Assembly: GCF_000002075.1 (NCBI RefSeq)
Contig: NW_004797276.1
Span: forward strand, 2,239,950 to 2,303,949
Length of the DNA: 64,000 nucleotides
DNA from: Aplysia californica
Taxonomy: Eukaryota
Direction: 5' to 3'
A program made the translations under genes and the position numbers. The notes beneath the pieces were generated by a model that was not told the origin of the DNA, made no database searches, and saw nothing but the letters and a program-made list of their open reading frames with translations. Positions 54,642 to 64,000 of the stretch are shown here, piece by piece (the stretch's first letter is position 1; every line of letters begins with the position of its first letter).

Positions 54642-54753
54642 GAGATGCCTTAGAGTTGTAAGTGCGGGAAGTTCTCCTGGACATGACACTGCGGTACAAA
54701 TACTGAGCAGCAGAAGACGCATCTGCTCCAAGGACAGGCATTCTGCCAAGAAG
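54642..54753 (-). CDS. Variable exon V35
   Basis: TAG/GTAAGT, 112 nt: LLGRMPVLGADASSAAQYLYRSVMSRRTSRTYNSKAS. Confidence 0.88.
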
Positions 54754-55627
54754 CTAATCAGAACGCAATTCAAGCACTTTAAGGAAAAATGTTAATACCA
54801 ACAGAGGAAAAGAGCCTTGCCAGGTGTGAAAGAAACTATGCCCGGGACAGAAAAATAACAGACATAACATGCACCCTCACATCATCTGAGCAGCAAAGTG
54901 AGAACTATGCTAACCAAAAAGAACCTGCCACTTCGACCCCTAGCGATTGACAGTCTCCTTGTTATGCCTAAGAAGACAACATTCAATGATTGAAAAACTT
55001 ATTCCGAACAAAGGCAATTTATATCCGAACGTTTACCAAAAAAGCAATAAATAAGGTTATGTTGAAACCATAAATTCAGAAACAGGGGCTCACGAAAGTG
55101 TATTTTAGAACTGAACAGTTCATACACAGACAATGACAAGGAGCTGGGAAAAGCAAGACCAGAAACAAAAAACCTGACAAGGAACGATATAAGATGATCA
55201 GTGTGCCACCTCCACATGTGTTCCCATTAATGAGGGCAGACAAAAGTCGTGAGGTACAACTACAAAAGGTGTCTTCTCCAGTCTTTTTAAATCTTTGGCA
55301 CAGTCCATTCAGACGACATAATCTTTCCATTCAATCATTTAATTCCTCAGACTTTCGAAATGTAAGAGCACTAATCAGGCCATCATATCACAAGACATCG
55401 GTTATCCAGAATACAGAAACGATGTCAAAGATTGTTGCAGACGACAACAGCAAGGCTTTGTTAATGAAAAAACCCATACTACCATAATTTAAAATCAAGA
55501 ACTAATTTTCTAATAATTTGACCCTGTGCAAGCCCAATGAGTAGAGAAACATCTTCCCAGCCCTCACCCTTCTAGAAAACAGGCAAACACATGACCTGAT
55601 ATTCAGCACCTGGAGTGCAGTACTTAC

Positions 55628-55748
55628 CATACATTTTGTTAAGTCGATCTCGGAAGAAACGTTGGCATCTACGTGACTTGGAACTTTGATGAAAGTAATT
55701 TGCCACACGAAGTATATCACACCCCATTATTGGCAGACGACTTACCAG
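55628..55748 (-). CDS. Variable exon V36
   Basis: CAG/GTAAGT, 121 nt: LVSRLPIMGCDILRVANYFHQSSKSRRCQRFFRDRLNKMY. Confidence 0.88.
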
Positions 55749-56462
55749 CTGAGAAGAAAATACTCCAGCTAAAATGTGATAACGGCTACCCCAGACAATA
55801 AAAAAGGTCGAGTAAAAAATATATAGACATAGCTACATAATTCTCTACAACTAAAACCACTTTCCAAACCAGAGCATGATAAAACAGTCAAGCACTAAAA
55901 GAAGTATGAAAGAAGACATAAGATTTGGTAAAGATGAGACAAGACACTGAAAGTGTCCAAAGAGCCCAACAAATCAATGCCTTTCTTTGTGGCAAGGACA
56001 AGTACATATTAAGTCATACTGAGAAAGAATCCAAACTCTATCCAAGCATGAAACAAAACTGAAATGGTCCATAAAGACAAAAATAATACGACAACCTTAA
56101 TGGAAGTAGACAAAAGTGGCAAAAAATATCACTAATCCAAATCAAATTACTCAAATCACAATCTTCAAAGAAACAGCCTTTAACAGGTACTTCAAGGCCA
56201 AACAAGTTTGTTGACAAATATTCAAAAACTGACCACACCTTTCATTTGACACTGCAATAATTCAATAGCTTTCCTACAAGTTTTTCACGACACCATGCCT
56301 CACAAACAAAAGGAAAAGCAAAACATTCCACAACGAGCCAGGTGGGAATTCATTAACATCCCAGTCTGACAGTAACTTCATAATCTCAAAAACACTTGCC
56401 CCACACATTCACCAGCCACTGATGCACACTCTTTCTTACGATTTCATTTGAAAAGCACTTAC

Positions 56463-56568
56463 TTCTTAACCGAAACGATCGCATTAAGCGCCTAGCTTTA
56501 CTGTTATGACAAAGAAGGCGCCCAGCTGTGACAGGATTCAGATTCAGGATTGGTAACCGTTTTAGAAG
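56463..56568 (-). CDS. Variable exon V37
   Basis: TAG/GTAAGT, 106 nt: LLKRLPILNLNPVTAGRLLCHNSKARRLMRSFRLR. Confidence 0.88.
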
Positions 56569-57024
56569 CTAAAACAGGCCAAAAAAAAAGAGGTAAAACA
56601 AAATCAATCTCTATATCAGCTGACCTTTCCATCGACATCTTTCAATGAAATTTCCACAATGAACATTAAAACAACGATAAAGAAAAGCCTAATGTACTAG
56701 AAAATACAATGAAAAAAGCATGGCCATCTTGACTTGGTGAGGTGAACAGAAACCTCCAAAGTAGAAACTTCCATCCAGGACGTATTTTCTATAAGACATG
56801 AAAAGAGCCAATAGGAGGAATCAGTGAAGTGGGACTATTTGTTACTTACTCTGTACAATTGTACTAAGGTTAATTTCTATCACTACTTAAGAGACACAAA
56901 AAATGGTATTGGTTCTGTACTCACAAGACAACTTACGATTTCTGTCACTGACTCAATAAACTACAAACATAAACAAAAGACCTAAACACTAGTCAGCAAA
57001 ATGCTGTACATACGAAGTACTTAC

Positions 57025-57136
57025 TGCTACATTTGAGTCGCCAGTTTCTCATGGTATTTTTTGACATACACCTACGATAAAGAAGATCCATTGTTCTATG
57101 AAAATTTCTCTTCAATACAGGCAGCCTGGAGAAAAG
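57025..57136 (-). CDS. Variable exon V38
   Basis: CAG/GTAAGT, 112 nt: LFSRLPVLKRNFHRTMDLLYRRCMSKNTMRNWRLKCS. Confidence 0.88.
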
Positions 57137-57434
57137 CTGATGACAAAGAACTAATTCTTAAGTTGTATACACCCAAATTGCACCAATAACAATGAACAGT
57201 AAGCAAACTAATGACAGAGCCTTTTTGGAATTGTTGCAGGCAACAAGTAACATCATGAGACAAGTGCTGCATTATATCATCAGCTGAAATCACCTATTAC
57301 AAGGAGTACACCAAAGATGCTTTACAGGTCGACTCTTAACAACAACACAGATGATCTACTTGCTCCTATCAGGAACAGACAGATATTAAATGCACAGGCT
57401 GCCAACGTCCAAATAAACCTTAAAATGTACTCAC

Positions 57435-57543
57435 TAGACTTTTTTAATTTCTTGGCATATAAGACACGTGAGCGAGAGTTTTGATAAAGGCAATTTTCCA
57501 CCCAAGCTGGAGCTGCTCTCAGAACAGGGAGACGTCTCAGAAG
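57435..57543 (-). CDS. Variable exon V39
   Basis: TAG/GTGAGT, 109 nt: LLRRLPVLRAAPAWVENCLYQNSRSRVLYAKKLKKS. Confidence 0.88.
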
Positions 57544-57712
57544 CTACAAGTGAAAGAAAATACAAATCACTGGGACACTGACATTCTCCTTAAGGACTCG
57601 CCCTTCGCTGAAGATGGTGTGTGGCCTCCTAATGCCATGCTTATTTAGAACACAAAGGTAAACCCAGAATAGCAGTATCCTTAGATGGACATATTCTTTT
57701 TTTTTCACTTAC

Positions 57713-57830
57713 TGCTTTTGAGATTTCGACACCGCTTGCTCCTCATGTAAACTTTATTGCGAGAATTTGTGTACATAAGATGCTCAGCCCGATCATAATC
57801 CATCAGAAGGCACGGCAAACGTTTAAACAG
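57713..57830 (-). CDS. Variable exon V40
   Basis: CAG/GTAAGT, 118 nt: LFKRLPCLLMDYDRAEHLMYTNSRNKVYMRSKRCRNLKS. Confidence 0.88.
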
Positions 57831-58482
57831 CTGAAGTGAAAGACAAACACGACCTTGTATCTATATTGACCAACTCTATGGTGCTATGGTGACGAAAAAT
57901 TACCCTTCAATGCCTTTCTCAAGCAGGGAAGACTGCCGTAAATCGTAAAAGAAATTGGTCCAAAGTACTTAACATTCACATACATGTGCATTTTTAGGAT
58001 GGCTGTACGCATTATCACACATGAGAACAAGACTAAACCCAGAATAAGAAAAGCGACTACAAAAGACAACCAACTTCTATTTAGAGTCTAATATGAAAAC
58101 AAGACAAGAAAAACAGAACAAAACTTGACTTCTCTTGTTCAAAGTACAAAAACAAAAAATTGATCAGGTAAAAAAGACATTCACAAAATAAAACACAAAA
58201 ACTACTGGCTTTCGTAAAACAACTCCCTTACATCCAATAAATGTACGTGCATGCAGGTGCAATGTACCTTTTGAACTCTTTGGTAAATTTCTGCTCCACA
58301 CATTATGAGGCCCTACACTCGCGGTTATTCAAAACAATGGAATCATGTCCATTTTTTCTTTTGTACTGACCCAGGTATGTTTCTCAATTCCCCCCTTGGA
58401 AAACCTATATTTCAACAGAAGCTGCTGTAAAAAGATGGTCATATATTACTACTGAGTCTGAGCCTTGTAGGAACCAACTTAC

Positions 58483-58603
58483 TTCTTTGTTGAGCTTGAG
58501 CTAAGCGCTTAGACCTCATGTGCATCTTGATCCGACAATTGGTATACAAAACTTCTGATGTTCTGATGATGTCATGAGATAAGATTGGCAGCCTGGCCAG
58601 TAG
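58483..58603 (-). CDS. Variable exon V41
   Basis: TAG/GTAAGT, 121 nt: LLARLPILSHDIIRTSEVLYTNCRIKMHMRSKRLAQAQQR. Confidence 0.88.
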
Positions 58604-58678
58604 CTAGGATTCAGAAAATGAACACATAAGGACTTCGAACTTGTGTGAAATTTGTATTGTGAGTCAAATGTTTCTCAC

Positions 58679-58787
58679 CTGCATTTTTTGTTCTGGATCT
58701 CATATAGATCTTGTGGTAGGTTTTTTTGTGCAAAAGAAACTCAGCTCTGCCTCTGTTTTGTTTCAATATTGGCAAACGACGAAACAA
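58679..58787 (-). CDS. Variable exon V42
   Basis: CAG/GTGAGA, 109 nt: LFRRLPILKQNRGRAEFLLHKKTYHKIYMRSRTKNA. Confidence 0.88.
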
Positions 58788-59156
58788 CTGATGTTTGAGA
58801 GAAAAACGAAGTAAATTTGAGGTAGACAGACTAACTACAACTAACAAAACACAAAAAATGTCAATCAACACCATGTCCGCACCTTACTTCATTTTCTTTG
58901 ACAGTCTTGAACCATTATATGCCAATTCTACTCGAGTTTTACACACAGACACCATTACCTCTTTTCTCTAACAACTCCGTCAATTGATCAAACAAACCAG
59001 CCACTGCATTTCCAGCAAGCAATAGAGCTCAAAAACACTTAAAACACACAGTCAGTTCTTTTTAGAGTTTTGGTTGAAATCCATTACATCTAAACTCTCT
59101 AAGAAACTAATGGATTCTCTTCTACATAGTACAAAACTAGTTTACCAAGGACATAC

Positions 59157-59268
59157 CTCTAACTATTTGACGAGACTGTCTGCGCCTCATTTTCTCGTAA
59201 CAGTTTATACGCATAATGCACTCAGTTTTTCCAACATTACCCATCAAGATGGGCAACCGATGAAACAA
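59157..59268 (-). CDS. Variable exon V43
   Basis: CAG/GTATGT, 112 nt: LFHRLPILMGNVGKTECIMRINCYEKMRRRQSRQIVR. Confidence 0.88.
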
Positions 59269-59609
59269 CTGAAGAGGAAAGGATGGGAGGAGAAAGAATA
59301 ATTGTCATAAACATCTTGTCCTACTGCTCCGTAACAAACCAAGTGTGAGCCCTGATGACCCTTTAAAATGTGTGGTTTCTTTAGTTTCTTCGAAGATATC
59401 AGCCAGTTAACCTAATCCTTTTCACTGAACAAAACAGAAAGTACCGTCCATTTTTTCTTACATCTGAAGCAACCTTCACTTAAACCTATCAATATCTGGA
59501 ACCTACTCCATACCTAAAGGACAAAACTTTTCCTGAAAAGATCACCAACAGAACTACCTCAACATCAGATGATACATTTACTGAGAGAAGCCAACAGAAA
59601 ACACAATCA

Positions 59610-59694
59610 TCAGTTTACAAGAACTTGCTCTTGACTAGTATTTGAAAAGAAGACAAGGTACATTTTTTTTTAAAATTGGGAGTACTTTAAATAA
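59610..59694 (-). pseudogene. Probable pseudo-exon (acceptor lost, internal stop)
   Basis: LFKVLPILKKNVPCLLFKY*SRASS, preceded by ttttgtcc instead of AG. Confidence 0.5.
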
Positions 59695-59968
59695 GGACAA
59701 AACCGTGACTGAACAAGATCTACAGAACGAACTGAATGGACCGTACCACCAAATGAAGCAAGTAAACACGGTCACCTGATACCCGTTACATAAAATATCA
59801 GCATCAGTAACATCCAAACAATTTTAGGAAATCCATATCGGTCCCACTATTTTTGGCTCACTAACTACCCCATCCATATTATGCAGTTCAGCACTTTGGT
59901 AACTGACTTGTAGACTACTTTTTTAACAATTGAGTGTCAAAACGGACGAACTAATAAAAAAAATATAC

Positions 59969-60074
59969 CATCAAACTTCATCCTCCATCTCGAAACCCTT
60001 TTCTTTCCATTTGTGTAAAGAATTTCAGTACATCTCTCTCGCCAGGCAGCAAGAATTGGAATGCGCCGCAAAAG
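59969..60074 (-). CDS. Variable exon V44
   Basis: TAG/GTATAT, 106 nt: LLRRIPILAAWRERCTEILYTNGKKRVSRWRMKFD. Confidence 0.86.
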
Positions 60075-60517
60075 CTAGGAATGGACAGAATAACAAATTT
60101 AGGGGGAAATGACACAGTTAACCACCATCTTACACTGTAGTTGCCTGTCCCGGTCCCTGTACATTCTCCTCATGCTGTTTATATAAAAATTGTCCACAAC
60201 TGATGAGCACCTTGCTTGCAATATTGGCATTCGCCTAAATAGCTGAGATACAATGAAGGATACACTTTAAAAGAGTGTGCGTTTGATACTAGCCCTTCTG
60301 AAGTTGTTGCACTATCGTCACCACTAGCATAAAGAGCACTCACTAGCATAAAGAGCACAAATAAAAGCTTTTGCATCTCCAATCTGTCTGATAACTATTT
60401 TCTACAAGTTAGAAAGGACCTTAAAAATTGATCTACAAAAATTGTCTGTGGCACACCTTGCTATTTTAGGTTTTAAAAAACTAGAAACTGCTTGATCAAC
60501 ATTCAGTGGTGACTTAC

Positions 60518-60614
60518 CCTGTTTCTGCCTTTGCACTCTCCTCATACAGTTAACATACAAGTATTGCTGTGTGCGTTCTATGCTGTACTGAAGAACGGGC
60601 AAGCGACTAACCAT
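60518..60614 (-). CDS. Variable exon V45
   Basis: CAG/GTAAGT, 97 nt: MVSRLPVLQYSIERTQQYLYVNCMRRVQRQKQ. Confidence 0.88.
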
Positions 60615-60855
60615 CTGGAGTATAGTTGCATTGGTAAAATATTTCAGACTGACCATGCGGAACAATAGCTGAAGTCAGTTTACTCCAAATCATACAGTAC
60701 TGTGGCGAGCGAGTTAGGAATTCAGTATTATCAAAACCTGAAGCCCCATAGTTAGCATGCACTGTTTTATTAGTCAACATTTGCTATTTATCAGCTCAAA
60801 AAGATTTCATTTCACCAATATATCACTGAGTAAATACTACACACTACGTACTTAC

Positions 60856-60967
60856 TTTTGTAAGTTGCCCTCAGGCGTCTTTTTTGCATTTTCCGAGTTG
60901 CATTAATATAGAAAGTCTCCAGTGCTCTTTTGCGGTGGTATGTGAGGACAGGCATACGGAGGAAAAG
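60856..60967 (-). CDS. Variable exon V46
   Basis: CAG/GTAAGT, 112 nt: LFLRMPVLTYHRKRALETFYINATRKMQKRRLRATYK. Confidence 0.88.
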
Positions 60968-61208
60968 CTGGCATTTTGAAAGTAAGTTGGAGGTGACAAC
61001 AAAGAGAATTACAGTAAAAGTAGAGAATTGATCTACAGGAACAACTTGGTCACAATTTCATAGAAAACAGCACCTGAGCTTAACTTCAAGTTTGCAATCC
61101 CTTCCATCGTTTCCACTCACTACATAAAAGTTCCGACTCAAAAACAACAAGAATAGTGGGGCAATTCAAACTTTCATGTGACAGTCAACAGCTGTTTAGC
61201 GTACTTAC

Positions 61209-61335
61209 GGTCTTTCATCATCATTGCATGAGTCCTGGTCTGCCTCCACCTGCGAGAGTTTCTACCTGCCCTCTCGTTGAACATATGCTCTACTCTAAGG
61301 GCATCCTCTCGCAACAAAGGCAAGCGGCCGAAAAG
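61209..61335 (-). CDS. Variable exon V47
   Basis: CAG/GTAAGT, 127 nt: LFGRLPLLREDALRVEHMFNERAGRNSRRWRQTRTHAMMMKD. Confidence 0.88.
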
Positions 61336-61477
61336 CTGAACAGAACGAGAATGAACATTCACTAAGCTCTCCCAGAGTTTACTTCTCGCTGTAATCCCTT
61401 ACACGGGAACCACAGTGAACTCAACAAAAAGAGAACCTTGCCAAAACTGAGATCACTGTGCTTATTCTTTTACTTAC

Positions 61478-61595
61478 TCCACTGAGCTGCAGACTTGTTC
61501 ATCCGCTGAAGCTGATTTCTCTTCCTTGCATTGACATACATTACTTCTTGAGCACGAAGCGCACTGCAGCGAAGTTGAGGCATTCTATTAAATAA
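61478..61595 (-). CDS. Variable exon V48
   Basis: CAG/GTAAGT, 118 nt: LFNRMPQLRCSALRAQEVMYVNARKRNQLQRMNKSAAQW. Confidence 0.88.
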
Positions 61596-61752
61596 CTGGG
61601 ATCACAAAGGAGGGGAAAAATCAGTCTCTTCAAAAATGTTCGGAATTCAAGGGTTACCTCAGAGATAGATCACCCTCAACTTGAACTATAAGATGCAAAT
61701 GCAAACAGCAGCATCTCAGGATGTAAATCAAAGACAAACGATAGAAACTCAC

Positions 61753-61870
61753 TGAAACCAATATCTTTTTGTCTACAGCGCCTCACTGACATCTTCTTCA
61801 TGCTGTTTGCATAGAACAGTGCCTCTGTCCGCAGCGAGTTTTGAGCAAGAACAGGTATTCGTAGATACAA
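61753..61870 (-). CDS. Variable exon V49
   Basis: CAG/GTGAGT, 118 nt: LYLRIPVLAQNSLRTEALFYANSMKKMSVRRCRQKDIGF. Confidence 0.88.
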
Positions 61871-62344
61871 CTGTGCAACACGAAAGATCATGATTATCCA
61901 GAGAAGACAAAACACAGATGGAAGTATGAAGTAAGATCGTCATTCAAACTATACAAGGATTTCCCTCATTTACAGTTTAGTGTTGTGGTCTCAGCCACAG
62001 CCACAATCTATAATATATTTTGGTCCAAGTACAAAAAAATATTTTTGTCTGTCTCTTTTTCTTCATCAATGGTTTTTCGTCCTGGGTTTTATTCTTAAAT
62101 TATCTGTTTGTTCTCCAGCCTGAACCCAGCACACTTTATTCGTGTGGTTGAAACAGGCATATATATCAGTACTTCTTTACTGTTTACACATGTCGTACTG
62201 AGTAAAATTACCAGGAGAACTTTCCCCTGTCCAAGTATATTTTGAAACTTTCAAGCTAAAATTTGTATGCTAAGGCATACCAGTGAAAAGTGGCATACAG
62301 TATTATCTCTGAAATTTCTCTCGATCTCCATCTGCAGCCTGTCA

Positions 62345-62412
62345 GTTTCAGCGCATTGAGCACTTTTTTGTGGAAATGCGCTATATAAATGCAATTTATT
62401 ATTATTATTATT
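62345..62412 (+). mobile_element. Short L2-type retroposon 3' tail inside an array intron
   Basis: cagcgcattgagcac...gcgctatataaatgcaatt(tat)n, similar to 960-1045. Confidence 0.55.
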
Positions 62413-62975
62413 CTCTTCCAGGAACTCTTTTCATTCTTTGTCTACATTGACCATGCACACAACCACGCCCTCTTTTAGCACTAGCCAGCCCTCTGATTCT
62501 TTGTGGAAGTACTTAGCTGAAGAAGTAATAACTAACTTTCACCCTGAATGAGAATCTGTGTGTCAATTGCATAAATGTCATCAGAATCATGGCACTATTT
62601 CCCAGAGCTTTTACATTATTTCAATCCATAAAAAACTCATTTAACACCTCTCAGCTGTGTAAGATTTCTTTGCCATCATTCATAATATTAAAATCAACTG
62701 ACCTACATTCGAATGAGAACCATTACGGTTTGAATTGAGCATTAGATTATTATCTTAGAGTTCTCTCTTCGACATTACTTTAGCGAGGGAAATCATTGAG
62801 ATAAAATAGCACAATTAATCTATTTGCAGTATCAATTCAAATAGGGAATCCCTATATGTTGGCAGCTGGAGATGAATCGTGAGCACAAAAATTCCTGTGC
62901 GTGGTACCAAATGTGTGAATCGCTGGCCAAAACAACTATTAGAGAGTAAATCAGTCTATTTCATAAACAACTCAC

Positions 62976-63081
62976 TTTTGTCCCTGCAGCGTCTGTATGA
63001 CAACTTTGCTGAGCAGTTCTTAATAAAATACAAGCTCGCACGCTTATAACAGCTACTGAGAATAGGCATCCGTGAAAATAT
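62976..63081 (-). CDS. Variable exon V50
   Basis: CAG/GTGAGT, 106 nt: IFSRMPILSSCYKRASLYFIKNCSAKLSYRRCRDK. Confidence 0.88.
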
Positions 63082-64000
63082 CTGTGAATATTTTCATCAA
63101 ACTTTTCTCATTGATTGTAAACCAAAGCAATTTCAAGGTGCTGCGACTTGACAATGCATTTCTAATAAGTCAAAACCTAACAAAGAAAAAGTTAAAAAAC
63201 AAACTTAAGGAGATATTCAGTGTCCATTCATAGCCTCCCTTTATCATTTCTTTTTCAGTCTCCATGCATGACCTACATTCAACTCTGTAAGAAAAGAAAG
63301 CACTGGAGTGCAGATCTACACCAGTATGTTTAGCAGTGGTTCAACAGAAGTATGGAAGGTCTTGGCAACAGAAGAGGCAATTTGAGATTGATTTAACTAG
63401 CCAAGTCAGCAGGACCCACGGTGGCAGGAAAGAAAAAAAAAAGAATGCCTTAAGGGTACACTTTGTCAGTCACCTGCTTTTTAAGCAATATAACCATACC
63501 TTTTTTAGTCTACCCCTTGGCTGTAAGGGACACAAAAAAGCCGTGTGGCACCATGGAGGACCTACTAACAACAACCTACTTCGTTATGAACAATGCCATT
63601 TTCACCAATCTCTCAACAACAACAAAAATCCACATTAACAACTGAGATCCAGTCAGAAGCCACCAAAAAAATATTGAATGATAAATCAACAGCAATGAAT
63701 AAAAAGCCCCATTACCCAGAAAACCTAGGGTAGTTATCTTCAGTTAAAAGTCAGTATGCTGGCATCACTCTCACAATTTGTCATTAAAATATCAAACGTG
63801 TCAATATAAGCATAAATATGCTTTGCAAAATACTTCAAAAGAACTTAAATGTCAGGAACTGCAACCAGAATACAAACAATTGGACAATGAACAAGACACA
63901 ACTTAACCTCAGTCGCCCTCACCAGAACTGGGAGCTAACAAACCAACGCTCTGTACACCCTTCCACGACTAGGGAGGGGTCTTTGAAATTATTGATATAA

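Larger units (their letters stand above)
35643..63081 (-). other. Tandem array of at least 50 homologous mutually exclusive cassette exons (V1-V50)
   Basis: All have AG/GT boundaries, 3n+1 length, an open frame and invariant Pro at codon 6; see the individual entries. Confidence 0.93.

Noticed and set aside
60179-60382. ORF with a signal-peptide-like start (MEMQKLLFVLFMLVSALYASGDD)
   Set aside because: Non-ATG start in the track; hydrophobicity comes from U-rich intron sequence and an 18-bp duplication; no supporting gene structure
35643-63081. Array read as constitutive exons of one long repeat protein, or as independent small genes
   Set aside because: Phase 0-to-1 exons cannot be chained in frame, and most cassettes lack their own start and stop codons but have splice sites
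35643-63081. CRISPR-like or DNA-rearrangement (V(D)J or invertase) cassette system
   Set aside because: No identical direct repeats, recombination signals or recombinase are visible; the boundaries are canonical spliceosomal sites
63474-63575. Possible cassette V51
   Set aside because: A donor-like site is present, but no frame gives the LxxRxPxL motif with phase 0-to-1 boundaries

Overview
Draft-assembly eukaryotic (animal, probably invertebrate) genomic DNA with N gaps; most ORF-track entries are spurious because the genes are spliced. The left part holds the last coding exon (2898-3751, +) of a gene with a BEN-like C-terminal helix and an 8-aa Ser/Arg repeat, followed by a probable long 3' UTR. 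A transposon-rich, gappy spacer (about 14-29 kb) contains LINE fragments, MITEs and a SINE head. The right half is the 3' part of a convergent minus-strand gene. Its two constant 3' exons (33832-33981 and 32387-32736) are preceded by a tandem array of at least 50 intact, homologous, short cassette exons (35643-63081, probably continuing beyond the window). Every cassette is bounded by AG/GT, is 3n+1 nt long (97-127 nt, phase 0 to 1) and encodes a divergent basic helical peptide with the consensus L-x-x-R-h-P-h-L...(R/K)-rich. This is a Dscam-scale mutually exclusive exon cluster in what looks like a nuclear DNA-binding protein, possibly BEN/DUF4806-like (inferred). It also shows selector-like motifs upstream of many exons, RNA stems and dead pseudo-exons. 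Exons are numbered V1-V50 from the 3' constant exon.
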